Assembly: GCF_018977255.1 (NCBI RefSeq)
Contig: NW_024704742.1
Location: forward strand, 13,580,001-13,644,000
Length of the DNA: 64,000 nucleotides
Direction: 5' to 3'
Origin: Callorhinchus milii
Lineage: Eukaryota
A program made the position numbers and the translations under genes. The stretch's first letter is position 1. Each line of letters begins with the position of its first letter. Below the pieces are notes generated by a model. It was not told where the DNA came from and made no database searches. It worked only from the letters and a program-made list of their open reading frames with translations. This document shows, piece after piece, positions 62,588 through 64,000 of this stretch.

Positions 62588-63589
62588 TGTCTTGATCAAT
62601 CTTCCCTCAAATTTATTAATAATGATCCTTACATTTGGTATAACACCTTTCACATTGTGAGAGTGCCTCAAAGCTCAAAGAGTAACTGTGTATTTTGTGG
62701 GTGAATGCAACAGCCAATTTAGCCCAGCAATGGCCAACAAACAGCTAAGAAGTGCACAACAAAATTTATTGTAAATATTTAGAGAAAATTTATTGATATT
62801 CCGGTGCATTACTTGATTGCCTTCTGGTTGCTTGGCCTTGCTCCTTTCCTTTGCTTCGAAGAATCCCTTTAAATTGTATCTATATGACTGCACATTTTGT
62901 CAATAAACTTCCTTGAATTCTTCCTCCTCTCCCTCTCCTCGGTGCTCCCTAATGCCTCTGTGAAATGCTTTGAGTTATTCATCTGACATGAAAGGTGATA
63001 TGTAAGTGTCAGTTGTTGTGGCTGTTGGATGCATGCCTGTGAGTTTGACAAATAAGAAGAGTCCCCAGTTGCAGTAGTATGTGCAAGCCATTTGTCTGCT
63101 AATGAAGAATGGTCAAGTGGGTGATGAACCGGTGTACAGCTGGCTCCTATGGCGCCATACTTCAGCAAATCAGCTTTCAGGAGAGGAGCGAAGAAAATTG
63201 TCAACAGAACAGGATGGAAACATTTTGATTAAAGCAAAGATCGCAATTTTAAAAGATTGATAGCCACTTTTCTTTCTTCTCCTAATGGCAACAATTGGGT
63301 TATTTATAGAATCACGGAAAGTTTACAGCACAGGAGACGATTCACCCAAACATTGTCAACTTTGACCTATTCCTAGAGTTGTCAATAGATGGAGACAGAA
63401 ATTATCCTTGAGGATTTTATTACAATACAGTGGTTATTTAACCTTTCCTCTGTGAAACAGTGATTTTATTGAAATTAATACAAATATCTGATTTCCAGTG
63501 ATGACCTATAAGGTAAAGGCATTGTCCAGTCTACACGTGCCACAGAAGCACTTTGAGACTTGTTTTATTTCATCTTCGCGGACTTGCCC

Positions 63590-64000
63590 TTGCCTGGATC
63601 GAATCCTATCTTTCACGGTCTCCACTTTGTTGCCTCTAACGGTTTCTCCTCCAGCCCCCACACTGTCACGTCTGGCGTCCCCCAGGGCTCTGTCTTTGGC
63701 CCTCTCCTCTTTAATATCTACATGCTCCCCCTTGGTGACATCATCAAATCTACATGTATGCGGATGACACACAACTCTATCTTTCTGCCTCCACAGACTG
63801 CCTGTCGGACATCAAGTCCTGGATGAGGGCAAACTTCCTACAGTTGGATGTGAACAAGACTGAGGCCTACTGATTGGCTCGAGCCAGCGCCTCCGCACCT
63901 CAGGCTCTGGCAGCATCAACCTCCATGGTTGCACACTTCAACTCACCAAGCCAGTCAGGAACCTCGGTGTCTTGTTCGACTCTCAACTGTCTTTTCTCCC
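63590..64000 (+). mobile_element. L2 RT fragment running off the window end
   Basis: [67 protein letters not shown]; frameshifted. Confidence 0.93.

Noticed and set aside
62869..63260. 111-aa ORF and a plus-strand open stretch (YVQAICLLMKNGQ...)
   Set aside because: Partly overlaps an L2 3' remnant, no protein similarity recognised, and no good donor site. It may be non-coding unique sequence.

Overview
This is AT-rich, repeat-dense eukaryotic DNA. The repeat set (L2 and CR1 LINEs, tRNA/Deu-type SINEs, Penelope-type terminal repeats) looks vertebrate, most likely a cartilaginous fish; the taxon is an inference. No host protein-coding gene could be identified, so the window is probably a large intron or gene desert, and nearly all short ORFs in the track are noise or antisense shadows of repeats. 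The only long ORF is an uninterrupted L2-clade ORF2 (AP endonuclease plus reverse transcriptase) in a young, apparently 5'-truncated copy at 19780-23180 (-). Structures the ORF track misses: (1) a complete non-autonomous Helitron with both canonical ends and a helicase remnant (60430-61309), interrupted by a SINE; (2) three Penelope-type repeats carrying minimal hammerhead-ribozyme motifs; (3) a young tRNA-Ala-like SINE family whose 3' stem-loop matches the L2's with a compensatory base-pair change; (4) an R4/Dong relic sitting in a (TAA)n SINE tail and itself hit by a SINE; (5) a Gypsy RNase H relic; (6) two TA-flanked MITE families; (7) several unexplained hairpins and candidate micro-exons. 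These mostly belong to known element classes. I found no evidence for a wholly new biological system, although the specific families may be undescribed. Boundaries of old, decayed repeats are approximate.
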